Shown here piece after piece: positions 1-13,300 of a DNA stretch of 64,000 bases; within the stretch, counting starts at the first letter, position 1, and every line of letters begins with the position of its first letter. The stretch comes from Octopus vulgaris (taxonomy: Eukaryota), in the NCBI GenBank assembly GCA_951406725.2, contig OX597819.1, positions 108,624,001 to 108,688,000 of the forward strand, written 5' to 3'. Below the pieces are notes generated by a model. The model was not told where the DNA came from, did not search any database, and saw nothing but the letters and a program-made list of their open reading frames with translations. The position numbers and the translations under genes are program-made.

Positions 1-504
1 ACAAAAATATAGAGTTTGCAGCGTATTGGGAGGTCAGGGTACTTGATTCAACGCAAAAAATCCGCCTTTTTTTTTTTTTGTGAAAATCGTGCGGGTGAAT
101 GAATCAAATAATACCCTTTTTTACGTTTTTCCTTAATTTTGCAGGCTATGTATCTCGTTTTACTTGGCCGCTTCTGGTGCCTTTCTATCACTGCCAAAAT
201 TAATTTCTCTTCCAAAGAGAGAGAGTAGATTTTACCTCTTTCCTTAAAATTTTCATGAGAATGTATGGAGAGAATATGTTGTCACAAAAATGTTAAAGCT
301 TTGCTAATTTGATCGATTTGTTAGTAAACCTAGATTAAATTTCATTTTATACACATTTTGCCATCAATTATATAGAGAATTACGAACATGGTATGTAAAG
401 ATAAATTATTTTAATACAATATTTATGTGTACATTTCCATAAATGTTTTTCTTGAGCGCTCAAACCTAAATCATTAATTCAAATTAAATGTGACAAAAAT
501 AATT

Positions 505-590
505 GACCCGGAAGAAGGCTGTAGTCTTTTCGTACCTCTATTTAAAGAGAGTAACCGGGAATTTTCAATTCCTTTTCACCGCCATTCTTT
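505..590 (+). promoter_or_regulatory. RanGAP1 proximal promoter with ETS-like (CCGGAAG, about 508) and YY1-like (CGCCATT, about 580) motifs
   Basis: Motif matches in a CpG-retaining stretch just upstream of the ATG; short motifs can occur by chance. Confidence 0.3.
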
Positions 591-670
591 AAAACTTGTG
601 TCGGGTCTTGCTAACTTAAATTTAGTTGGGTTTCCTGGTTTGTTTCTCTTTGCTATTTGTACGCGCTGTT

Positions 671-833
671 ATGTCCTCCCCTTTTGTGTTCAAGTCTGCG
701 GACACGCCGACTACATCAGATCCGAACGATGTTTCCAGTATAACATCATTACTTTCGCAAACTACAGTAGAAGATGAAAAAAACGAGTTAAGCTTCTCCG
801 GCCGGTCTCTGAAATTGAACGAGGCTGAAGATG
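671..833 (+). CDS. RANGAP1: RanGAP1 exon 1 (MSSPFVFK...[15 protein letters not shown])
   Basis: ATG at 671; [11 protein letters not shown] matches the RanGAP N-terminus; donor G|GTCCGT, phase 1. Confidence 0.9.
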
Positions 834-1267
834 GTCCGTATTTTATTATTTTTCGTTTTCTTATTGTTTTCGTTGCTTTCTTTCATTCTTAAATCATTAC
901 TCTTCATTTCTCCTATATACAAACAAATAATATAGATGTATGTTGATATATTGATTGTTCCATTAGCTGAAAAGAAGTAAAAAAAAAGGCTAATCTGAAA
1001 TAATTAAGACATATCTAACCAAAACGTATTTTTCATAACAAGACAAATAGGATAATTAACTTTTTTAAAATAAAGTATTCATATTTCTTCATATACTTTT
1101 CGATTTGTCGTTAATGACCACGTGGATGAATGGGTAGGGAATGTATTTCTTAATATTTGTTTAGGTTTGGTATTAAAACCTAAAATCGGTGGTTCTCGAT
1201 GTCCCTTGCGCACGGATAAAGAAATTATCACTTTGTACACTTTGCTTAATGTATGTATGTATGTATG

Positions 1268-1304
<37 letters not shown>

Positions 1305-4300
1305 AGAGAGAGAACTAAAGAGGACTATCTGTATAGAAAACTATCGATTACCTTGTTTCCTTAAATCATACTTGCGAATAACACGTTCAAGATGTTCATT
1401 CACAAGAATAGATTTACTAAAGTCTTATATCACAGTTTTAAAAAATCGACGAACATATACACTCGCCATAAAGAACACTTTGTGAGGACTACCTTCTAAT
1501 ATATATATATTGTGCGTGTGGAAACAGAAAATTGTTTTCGACCGCATTTGAGTAAAAGCTTTTGGCGGACTAAATCTACGTCAGTTGATAAAGGCTCTTG
1601 AGAAAAGCTTAGAATATTATTATTGTTGTATTTATTTGCATCCATGTGTGTTTGTGATTACAAATATAAGGCAACAATAATGACATCAATTACTATTCCT
1701 TGGTTGAGGTAAAGAATATGCACACTACCCGTTTTCGGCGTAACCCTAACCCTTAACCATCGGGTGTGATTATTCTTTACCTTTGCCTTATTCCTTCAGG
1801 TATTCGAGTTGTGAATGATTAGGAAGTGTCCTGATTTGTTTTTCAGTGACCGACTTATACATATGTAATCAATATTCAAATTGAATACACGATCTTAAGT
1901 TTCACACAATGAAAGTTAGTCATAGCTACCAAGAGTGCCTCCCGCCCCAGTCATTGTTTTCGAACAACTTTCAGAAAAATGGATATTTTTTAATGACATC
2001 TTCCACAAATACGCTTCAGATGATGTAGATTTCGAATTTTTAAGTGCGTAGTGCAAAATTAAATTGAAAAAGTCCGTCATAAGAAGCTCCCCATCCCGAA
2101 CCATTTAGACGTGTTTGGTGGAAATAAATGGAAAAATCCCTGTCAAAACAAGAAACCCAACGTATGTGGGTGTGCTATTTCAGACCTCCCTCCACCCGTA
2201 ATTTGTTGTAAGCATTTTTTCCCGGAGTGGGAAGAGGGGTTTCGAAACATTTACACTAGACAGCTTTGTTTCTTTACAACTTACAGAAAAATGGGCATGT
2301 TTGGATGAAATTTTCAACAAATACCTTTCATAGTGCGTAAATTACGATTATACCTGAATTTGATGTGGGGGAAACTGAAAGAAGCCCGTCCTATATATTT
2401 ATATATGTGTGTATGTTTGTGTGTCTGTGTTTGTCCCCCCAAACTCGCTTGACAACCGATACTGGTGTGTTTACGTCCCCGTAACTTAACGATTCAGCAA
2501 GGGAGACCGATAGAGTAAGAACTAGGCTTACAAAGAATAAGTCCTGGCGTCAATTTGCTCAACTAACGGCGGTGCTCCAGCATGGCCGCAGTCAGATGAC
2601 TGAAACAAATAAAAGATAAAAGAATATAATTCCAAATATTTAACATTATTATAAGTAGTAGTCCTTAGTTTAGATCTCTGATGTATTCTATTTAGCAGAT
2701 TGGTGCTTCCCATCTTGGCTTTACTTCCTCATAACTTATTGCAAAATGCATGTTTTTTTCAATGAAACTTTGTAGAGATACAAATTAAAAGGTTTAGATT
2801 ACAATTATATTGTTAAAATTTATATAAGCAAAATTGATTGAAAGGCATTTTGGACTGTTTTCTTCCCATACTGACTTTGTCACCAATTTTAATCATCCAA
2901 ATATTTTTCACTTGGGTTTTCAGATTTATGTTCGAAATTTTAGCATTATGCACACCACAATTTCAAAAGCCATTTTTCTGCAAAATATCAGTTAAAAAAT
3001 GTGCATAAGAGATAACAAAAGATTTATCTTTCTGTGTGTGTGTGTGTGTATTTCTTTGTAACAAAAGGCATTGACTGGTGTATGAAAGATCTCTGCTGAT
3101 ATATGCCAAATGTGTTATGAATTTGGTGGTGGAAGCCTCCCCTTGATAGACAGTTATTTTACATTTTACTTAAGAGAGGAGAGACATTGCCCATGATATG
3201 AGCAACCAAAGGCATTAATTTCTAAGCTGTCAGAGATAAATATATTCAGTTGTTAATGTTAGTGTAGGACCAAAGAAGACTTAAGTAAAGTTAGAAGGGA
3301 GATTTTGAAAGTACCCATGCCAGCACCATGTAAAAAGCACCTAGTACCCTCTGTGAAGTGGTTGGCATTACGAAGGGCATCCAGCCATAGAAACCATGCC
3401 AAAACAGACAACTTGTACCTGATGTAGCCTTCAGTCAAACTGTCCAACCCATGCCAGCATGGAGAATGGACGTTAAATGCTAATGAAGTGATGAACATGT
3501 GTAGATTATACAGAATAATATAAACCTTTCAACACAGTATTGGTATTGTAAAACTGATGTTAAAATAATAATGATGATAGCTATGAACTCTAAATTTTGT
3601 CAAATTCCGTAATATTTATTGTTATCTTTTTTTCTATATAGCACAAGAAATCATTGATGCAATCAATGATTTCAAGAATATGTGTACGTTACGTTTGGAT
3701 GGGAATACAGTAGGACCGAATGCTGCTAAGGCAATTGCAAAGAGTTTGGAAAATCATCCAGAATTTAAAGTAAGTTGTTTGGAAATTACTATTATTATTA
3801 TTTTTTAATGTATGAAAAAAATTTAATGTGATATGTGGTGTAGACTTGTACCAAAGTCAGAAGTCTCAGAATCATCATCATCATTATAATAATAATAATA
3901 TGGTGTGGGAATGACAGTGCCAGCGGAAATGCACAATAGTTATTAGCTTATTAGTTTCAAGTTCAGAGTTCATATCCTACTGGTGTGGACAATTACTTTT
4001 TCCTTCTTTTAGAGTCAATAAAATAAAGTACCAATCAAGTACTGGGTTTAACTCAATTTGTTATTAGATCCCAACATATTTATGGCCTTCATCATCATCA
4101 TCATTGTTCGACCGTGGTCGAGACTTTCATAGTCTTTTCAAATGGCTAATAATGTGTGTGCGCGCCACTACTACACACATTGGAAAGCATTGTACAACCA
4201 AGTACTAAAGAAGATCTTTCCTCCGCCATGAAACAAAGCTGTTCCCGCTGGACGTCAACCCAGTATTTCTAAGCTACGGACCCAGTGATTTATTGTAAGG

Positions 4301-7300
4301 TTATCTCCCTAGATAGATTGCCTTCACTACGGCTAAGGAGCCCTTTCTACCCCATGGCCTTGGGTCAATATTAAAATTTATTGTTACTTTTAGAATTGTT
4401 AACACACTGCACATAATGCTTAGTTGTATTTCTTCCCGGTTTATATTCTAAATTCAAGTACCAAGGTTGACTTTGCCTTTCATTTCTTTTGGTGTTGATA
4501 AAAGAAGTACTAGTTGAGCACTAGCTCGATGTAATTAACTTAGCCGTCTACCCCCTTAAAGTTGCTGGTCTTTTGCATATAGTGTAAAGAATTATTATAT
4601 GAGGTGGTGAGCTGACAGAATTACTGGAGCCTCACAAAAATGCATTTCTTCTGGATCTTCACATTCTGGGTTCAGATTCTGTCATGGTCAAATTTTTTTT
4701 ATCATCCATCTGCAATTGATAAAAAAAAGTACTGGTCAACTATTGAAGTCAATGTAATTACCTAACCCCATCCCTTCAAAATCACTGGCCTTTGTCCAAA
4801 TTAGAACCATAATTATTATATCTAAAACTGTAGATTAGCAGAATTGTTAGTGTTGAACAAATGCTCTGCAGTATTTGTCTGTTTTTATTATCTGAGTTCA
4901 AATTCCACCAAGATTAACGTTACCCTTTCTTCCTTTTGGAGTCAATAAGATTAAGTACCAGTCAAGTACTGGAGTTGATGGCATTGACTAACCTCCTCCT
5001 AAAATTGCTGATCTTTTTCCTAAATTTTAAACAATTATAATAAATTAAAATTTAAAGCAATTATTATTATTATAACTAGTGGGACCTGTGAATATTTCAT
5101 GGAATTAATTGTAAACCTATTGGGTTATTTCTGATAACTTTATCCAAAAAACTGAAAGTGTAACCTGTGTTGTGTCTGTATGGAAAGATAGTTGCTTATC
5201 TGCTAGTCATTGAAATGTAAAAGGAATTGGAATACGATGATTACTTAATGCATTTTGTATGTCGCCTTACTGGCACGTGAACAGACATTCGAGCGAGGTC
5301 GTTGCCAGTGCTGCTGGACTGACTCCTGTGCAGGTGACACGTAAAAAACACCATTTTGAGCATGGCCATTGCCAGTACCACCAGACTGGCCCTCGTGCAG
5401 TTGGCACGTAAAAGCACCCACTACACTCTCGGAGTGGTTGGCGTTAGGAAGGACATTCAGCTGTAGAAACTCTGCCAGATCAGATTGGAGCCTGGCACAG
5501 CCACCTGGTTCGCCAGTCCTCAGTTAAATAGTCCAACCCCTGCTAGCATGGAAAGTGGACGTTAAAGGATGATGATGATACTTTATGCACAATTTTATAG
5601 ACTTAATACACAGCACTCACAAAATAAATATTCACTCTTATTTTTCTATTTTCCCCATAAACAAAAAAAAGAATATCCTATACATATGATACAACCTTTA
5701 GTTAAATTGCATATGTCTACCACGTAAATAAGAATATTTCATGGAATTACACTTATGCACATGTTAAGTGATAGGTTAAAACAATACACTTTTCACTATC
5801 CAATCACCACTGCCACCACCACCACCATTTCTCTCCCCTCTCCCCCCCTCTCTCCCTCCCTTTCTTTAACCTCACCATCAGAACATCACCCCCTCTGCTA
5901 AAATTATTATGTTCCTCCTACCTCACATCACAGACACTTTTCTCTCTCTTCCTCTTCTTTCTGTGTCACTCTTTGCCTTATCCTCTTTTTCTCTCTCCTT
6001 TTTCTTTCTCCTCTCCTTCCTTTGAACTAATCATGTGAAAGTGTTACAATTACATTCCCTCTACTTCATGTCATAGATACTTCTCCTTTTTTCCTCTCCC
6101 TATTTTCTTTCTTCATTTTCTCCAATCACATGAAAGCGTTACCGACAGGCTAAGTAACGCAATGACAAGCAGAATTATTATAAGATATTAAAATGCTGTG
6201 AAATGGCAGAAATAGATTGCTGCCTAAATCCCTTTCCTTTGTTCTGTACCTCAGTGTTCAAATATGACCAGGTTCACTTTATATTTCATCCCTTTAGTGT
6301 CAATAAGTGCTAATTATGTTATTCTACCTCCTTCCTTCACAAATTTGTAGCCTTTTACTAGTGGTTATTGATTGGAAGAATCACTAGAGCATTGAACTGA
6401 ATGTTCTGTGATATTCAGTTTTCCTCTGTACATTATCAGTTCAGTTCCTTCCAAGGTTGATAGAATAGGTACCAGCCAAATACAGTGAACTATATCTAAC
6501 ACCCTGAAATAGAAAACCTTATATTAGAAATCATTATATCATTATTGTCCTTGTTTTCCATCAGCCATTTCATGCTAATATTAGTGGTATAGGTTTTATA
6601 GTTTTATAAATTTTATAGATACTTTTATGCTAACCGCTGAAGGATGGGTTAAAAGTGGCACCTAGTTATAGTTAGACAGGTTTGAAGTAAGTAAAAATGT
6701 TGTTTTTTAAGGATGCAATGCAGCAGCTTGCACTTAGCCTATAAGTAGGTTGGCATGCCATTGTTGTGAAGGCAAGTGGCTTAGTGGTTAGGGTGCTCAA
6801 TTCATTAATCAGTTCCCTGGCCTGGGTTGCACATTGTAACCATGAGTAAAGCTTTTCATTTGACACTGCTCTAGTTTAATTAACTGTAATGTGTGTTAGC
6901 TGGTTGTGCCCTTCTAGCAATCACATCCTAGATATTCCTTTAGGTTAAAGTGGGAGAGCAAAGAGAGTGTCTATGTCTGCTTGCAACTCCATCAATATCA
7001 TCATCATCGTTTAACGTCCATCTTCCATGCATGGGTAGGATGGTTGACAGGAGCTGGCCAGGTAGCAAAGCTCTCCTAGGTTACTGTGTCTGTTTTGGCA
7101 GGGATTTTACAGCTGGATGCCCTTCCTAACACCAACTACTCTGCAGAGTGGATTCTGCTTTTTATGTGGCACCAGCATAGATGAAGTTAGTTTTGGCAGG
7201 ATTTTTACTGCTGGATACCCTTCCAAATGCCAACCACATTATAGTGTGGACTGGATGCTTTTAGCATGGCACCAGCACTGGCAGAGTAACCAAGTAACTC

Positions 7301-10300
7301 ACAAGACAAGGAATTTTGAGGAGAGAAACTTGTATCAGAGGATGAAAGGTTAGAGTGTGACAGAAAAATACTTGCTTGTGAGTTATAACTGGCTATAAAC
7401 TGTATAATACCAATGTTGTATTTGACATCTTTGTTATGAACTTGACTTGTGTATTAGACTTTATGACTTAACCCCTTAGCATTCGGATTTCTGTGTCAAA
7501 TGTAATGCATTTTAATGTATTTATTCACTTGTGTTGAATTAATCATTCATTATCTTGTAGCTTCAAGATTTCAATGGTGTGTTCGTTTATTTTTAGAATG
7601 ACATTGTTGGGTAGATGTGAGAGGTTGGATCTGGTTAGTTTTAACATAAAGCAAGTGGAATATTTGGGCTGATTGTGGCTGGTTTAAATGCTTAAAAAAA
7701 CGTGAAGGTGCATGGCTTAGTGGTTAGGGCATTCGGCTCATGATCGTATGGTTGTGAGTTCAATTCCCGGCGTCATGTTTGCCTTTGAGCAAGACATTTT
7801 ATTTCACGTTGCTCCAGTCCACTCAGCTGGCAAAAATGCATAGTACTTGTATTTCAAAGGGCCGGTCTTGTCACACTGTGTCACCCTGAATCTCTCTAAG
7901 AACTATGTTATGGGTACATATGTTTGTGGAGTGCTCAGCCACTTGCACGTTAATTTCATGAGCAAGCTGTTCTGTTGATCATACCAGCTGGGACCCTCGT
8001 CGTTCTAATTGACAGAGTGCTCCAATATCCTCTCATATGCTTAAAAGGTTAAGCAGGTCACAAGTTCAAACCATTACACTGTTTTGGTGTCAAGTTTTTT
8101 TGACAAAAGATTTTCATTTATTTTTCACATATTTCATTTTAATATAAAGTATACTAGCCATCTCAATATGGCTAACCACTAGGGGTGGGTGTTACTGTAG
8201 CTTTTTAGCCCCAGGAGATTATCGTCTCCAGCTGGCTTTAGACACAATTTCTGTGCTCTTATGATATTTGCAAAAGGAGGTCATCCCCTCTCGTAAACCT
8301 AAGTGATACGCATGGACTGCAGTTTCGAGATTATTGTCTCTTGTCAACACATGGTAATCACCGGTTTTCGATAAGGAGAGACCTGTTTGCGAATATCTAT
8401 TTAATGTTCTTCCCAGTAACCAGCTGGAGACGTTGATCTCCTGAGGCTAAAAAGCTACAGTAACACCCACCCCTAGTGGTTAGCCAGATTGAGATGGCTA
8501 GTATACTTTACGTTGTCGAGCGATTACTGTTTACATCTCGTTCAGAGATTTATTATCATTTTAATATGTTTGGAAGAAAAGCAAAATCAACTAGAATATG
8601 GTGACAGTGGTTCCAGTAAAACAATTTGCAACTCAATGAAGCAAGTCTTTGACAAAGGATTTCACTAACTTGCATTGTAAGTTTTAAATCCTTCCGTGGG
8701 CCTCAGACAACAAAATACCCATTCCCTTGTTGCTTCTTTGAAGGATTTGACATTTTCAGTTGTACTCTGATAAACCAATGGGTTTGTAAGTTATTTTAAA
8801 GAGACCAACATGTTAGTTGTAAAGTTTGAACTTGTGACCATCTAGCACATTAACCTCCTTGCTACTATGTATTTCAAAAGTAATTTTAATGTCATTTTTC
8901 CTTTACTCCATTTTCTAGAGAGCTCTATGGAGTGATATGTTTACTGGACGACTAAGGGAGGAAGTTCCACCCTCATTGGTATGTAGAATTTTGTTGTTCT
9001 TTATCTTCACCATATATCTTCTTCAGCCTCCTGTCTTTGTCTTTTTTGAAATAATAACGATGCTATTGTTATCAGTTTCATTTTCCAATTTCAGTTGTTT
9101 CCATTACCACTTGTTACATGACTCATATTGTGGGGTCTTAAAATTATGACAGTACCCATTATGCAAATTTTGTTGGTGTTTTTCTCTTAATAATAATGAA
9201 TAAGAAAGGCTGTGGCTTTGTGGTTAAGAAGGTTCTTCCCACCCATGGGGTCTTGGGTTCAGTACCACTGTACAGCACTTTGGGCAAGTGTCTTTTACTA
9301 TAGCCCTTAGCCAACCAGTCTTGTAAATAAATTTAATGATGTCTAGACAAGGATACACACACATATATATTATGTGTTTTTGTCCTTCTGTAACTTTGGC
9401 CCACTAACCACTAAACCCTGAAATGAGGATGACAGTGGTTAATATAGTTTTATCTTTTGTATTTTCCAGAAAGCTTTAGGTTCAGCTGTTATGACAGCAG
9501 GAGCTCATGACTAGACCTCATGTAATGGCTGTAAATGAGCATCACCATCATACTGGTGAGATTGTTCATTTCCAGTCTTCTGTGAAAAACGATGTTGGGA
9601 CTAGTCTTTTTTAAAGGCAAGAGCAAGAGATTTGGCTGCTACTTCTAGCAAATTGGGTATCCATACCATGTTTCTGTTATTGGTTTTTCCTGTGTATTTT
9701 ATCAAATAAAGGTGGCTTTCACTACTCAGGAAATCCTAACTTCATCATCATCATCGTTTAACATCTGCCTTCCATACTGGCATGGGTTGGACTTCTGTAT
9801 GTTTTTGGCAGGGTTTTTACAAATGCATACCCTTCCTAACACCAACCACCCAGCAGATTGGACTGAGTGCTTTTTGTGTGGCACAAGCACAGTCGAGGTC
9901 AGTTTTGGCATGTTTTTACAACTGGATTCCCTTCCAAATGCCAACCACTTTACAATGTGGACTGGATGTTTTTTACATGGCATCAGCACTGGCAGGGTCA
10001 TCAAATAACTTGCAAGACAAAGACCCTTTGAGAGGGGAAGGAGCATCTTGTGTCAGATAATGAAAGGTTGTAGTGAGACAGAGAGATAGGAACAGGTGTT
10101 TTGCTGTAGAGGAGGTACATCGTTACCAAACCAGAGAGATTGAAATCTGAATTTGTCCATGTGTTGTGTTGTGTGCTGCAACAACTGTTGAAAGTAACTT
10201 TCTGTTTCTGGCCTTCTGTAACTTTGGCCCACTAACCACTAAACCCTGAAATGAGGATGACAGTGGTTAATATAGTTTTATCTTTTGTATTTTCCAGAAA

Positions 10301-13300
10301 GCTTTAGGTTCAGCTGTTATGACAGCAGGAGCTCATCTGGTGGAACTAAATCTCAGTGACAATGCATTTGGTGCTATTGGTGTGGAAGGAATTGAAGAAC
10401 TCTTGCTAAGCAGCTGCTGTTATTCTTTGAAAGAGCTTTACCTGAACAATAATGGACTTGGTATCAGTGGTGGAAAGGTAATTATTTTCCTGTTTGAACA
10501 CATGAACGCATCTTATGTAATGACACGTGTACATAATATCTTACCTTGTTTTCTAATGACATGTCTACAAAATCTTGCTTTCTGATATATGAACATAACA
10601 TTATGATACATGAACAATGTTACATTGCATGTTACATTGTGACATGAACATATTTTATAACACATACTGTACTTCCTTCTGCACAAGTTGCACTATTTTA
10701 TACTTGATTTTAACTGGAAAAACTGGGGTGCAATGTATACATAGGACAATGTAAAGCTACGAAGGGGAAAGGTTTTGTACCAAGATTTAGCAAGACTATG
10801 CACAAGTAAATACAGTAAATCAAATTACATCAATTTAAAAGATGTCATTAAGTAGTTTGGCTCAATTTTCATACTCTTTTTTTTTTCTTTTTGTATTTTT
10901 ACTCCTTGTTTTCCTGGTCTTTAAATCTCAGTCTATTAAGTCCTAATTACTACTGGGTAGGTAGGGACTATTTTCCACCAGGCAGAGTTGTTGTTCACTG
11001 TAAACGTTCTATTTATAATTCAAGGAATACCCAGACATATGACTTGCATTGAATTCTAATTCTGTGATTTAATTTTAGCTTTGATAATGATGATGATAAT
11101 CCTTTCTATTATAGACACAAGACTTGAAATTTTGTGGGAGGGGCTAGTCAATTATATAGGCCCTAATGTTCAGCTAGTACTTATTTTATCAACCCTGAAA
11201 GGATGAAAGGCTAAGTTGACCTTGGTAGAATCTGAACCCAAAATGTAAAGAGTGGAAAAAAATACTGCAAAGCATTCCTTCCCATGCTGTAATGATTCAG
11301 CCAGCTTGCTGCCTTAATACTAACAATAAATGCCCTCCCCTCCTTTAATAGGAATGAACAGGCAGTTTTACTTGTGTTTGGTGGCTGTGGTAAATGTGTT
11401 GTGAACAATGTTGAACGAATTGATGATAGACACCTTCATCTTTCGTCAAGTCCTCATCTACTTTTTTAAGTTCCACTTGGAAAGGAATTAGAGTGTGAGG
11501 AGAGAAGTGCTCTCCTCTGAATTATAAAAGGTGGATGACTAGTTAAAATGGTTAGAGTGAATGGAACCACTCAAAGCATATGTTTGTACATTGGAAAACA
11601 TCTGTTGGAAGAGAGCATATACCCTTGGTGGATCTGTGGAATTTCTTGATTGGACCTCATTGGTGGCTCTCTTGTATCTGGTGGACTGTATCATCATATA
11701 TTTTGTCTATTATGTATACCTTTCAACTCATTTCTCTCTTTACTTTTTTTCCCTCCTCACCTTATTTTATGTACCCACTCCCTCTATGTTGTAGCTTGTC
11801 TTGTAATGTCCTCTTTTCTGATGCCTCTGCGATGAATAAAAGAAATTATTTTTAATACTATTGTTATTATGAAAAAAAAAAAACCCAACTATTTCTAATT
11901 TGAAATACTGTAGATTTCTCTATTTTGTAGCTGCTGGCCAAAACTATGTTGAAGTGTCATGAAACCAGTGTGGCTGCTGGCACACCATTTCAGTTGAGTG
12001 TTTTTGTATCTGGACGGAATCGGTTGGAAAATGAAGGAGCTACTGCTCTTGCACAGGCCTTTAAGGTAGACTTTCTACTTTTACATTTGTTGAAGACATT
12101 GACTTATGTCGTATATTTTCTCTATACCACTCTATCTTTCTCTATTTTTCTTGCAGACCATTGGTTCATTGGAACGTATTGAAATGCCACAGAATGGAAT
12201 CCAACATAAGGGTATTTTGGCCCTTGCTAAAGCTTTAGCCTCAAACCCTTCCTTAAGAACTCTTAACCTCAATGATAACACATTTTCAGAAAACGGAGCT
12301 CAAGCTATGGCTGAAGTAAGTTACAAGAAACGCTGGCAAATTCAATTATTGCTTTTTTAATTTATTAGTACAAGTTCTTATACTGGTGTCACATAATCAA
12401 TTATACTCTCCCTCCAAAAACTTGCAGTCTTGTACCAAAGGGAAAACCTTATTGCATTTGTACATTTTCTACAGAAAAGGTTTAGGAGCTTATAGTTCTT
12501 TATTCTGTACCCCATCCAATCTATTTTTCTGTAACTATACTAAATGTTATCAAAATAGCAAACATTTTACTGTGAATGATAAGCATCAAACTAAGAAAGA
12601 AAAGAGGAACAGGCCAACTGATTGGCCTTGTCCTGCTTTTGCAACTTGATTAATATGCTACTGCTTCTCCACTGTTGAAATAATCCACTTCCATATAATT
12701 TGAGTGACTATTTCTAGTTAGTCTCCAGCCCATTCCCTTCAATATCTCAGCTACCAGCCCCGAGAGATCTCTTACTTTCCCTTTCTCTTTCATGTAACAG
12801 TTATACTCTGTACAGATCTCTACAACCAACCTCTATGTTAATTCATCTCACTTGGTCTGTCCTCACTTATATTTTTTGTTGCAGTCTTTCTTTATGCCAA
12901 TGGGGAAGGTTCCCTCATTGGCATAAAAAAATTGGCTGTAATCTGACCTGCTTGGAAAAGCAACCAATTTCTCTCAAATCATATCTTACTATCTTAAAAA
13001 AGTATGGTACATTAAATAATGTAATCCTAGATATATGAAAGGGTGGAATAATCATAGTTCAGTTGGCATTGACCTTATCTCTGTTCTGTTTCTGTCCTGG
13101 GGCTAAACAACAAATCATTATGTAACTTTCATGATTCTCTGTCATTATTAGTTCAAAGGTTGTCGGCAGAAACAGTGAAGCACAAAATTCATCTGTCTAT
13201 TGTCTGAGATATACACTATATACTAAGAAGTTTACTATGTCAAGGCACATGGTTTAGTGGTTAGTGGTGGACTCGTGATTGAAAGATTGTGGCTTCAATT

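Noticed and set aside
228-256. Possible first exon of a divergent gene on - strand (ATG AAA ATT TTA AGG AAA GAG|gtaaaa)
   Set aside because: Too short to assign; no supporting exon or homology visible within the window.
1741-1757. TAACCCTAACCC telomere-like repeat
   Set aside because: Only two units, inside a small inverted-repeat element; not an interstitial telomere array.
7705-7775. tRNA-like sequence (also 51490-51560 and 45308-45375)
   Set aside because: A/B boxes are present but there is no full cloverleaf, and each continues into a SINE body.
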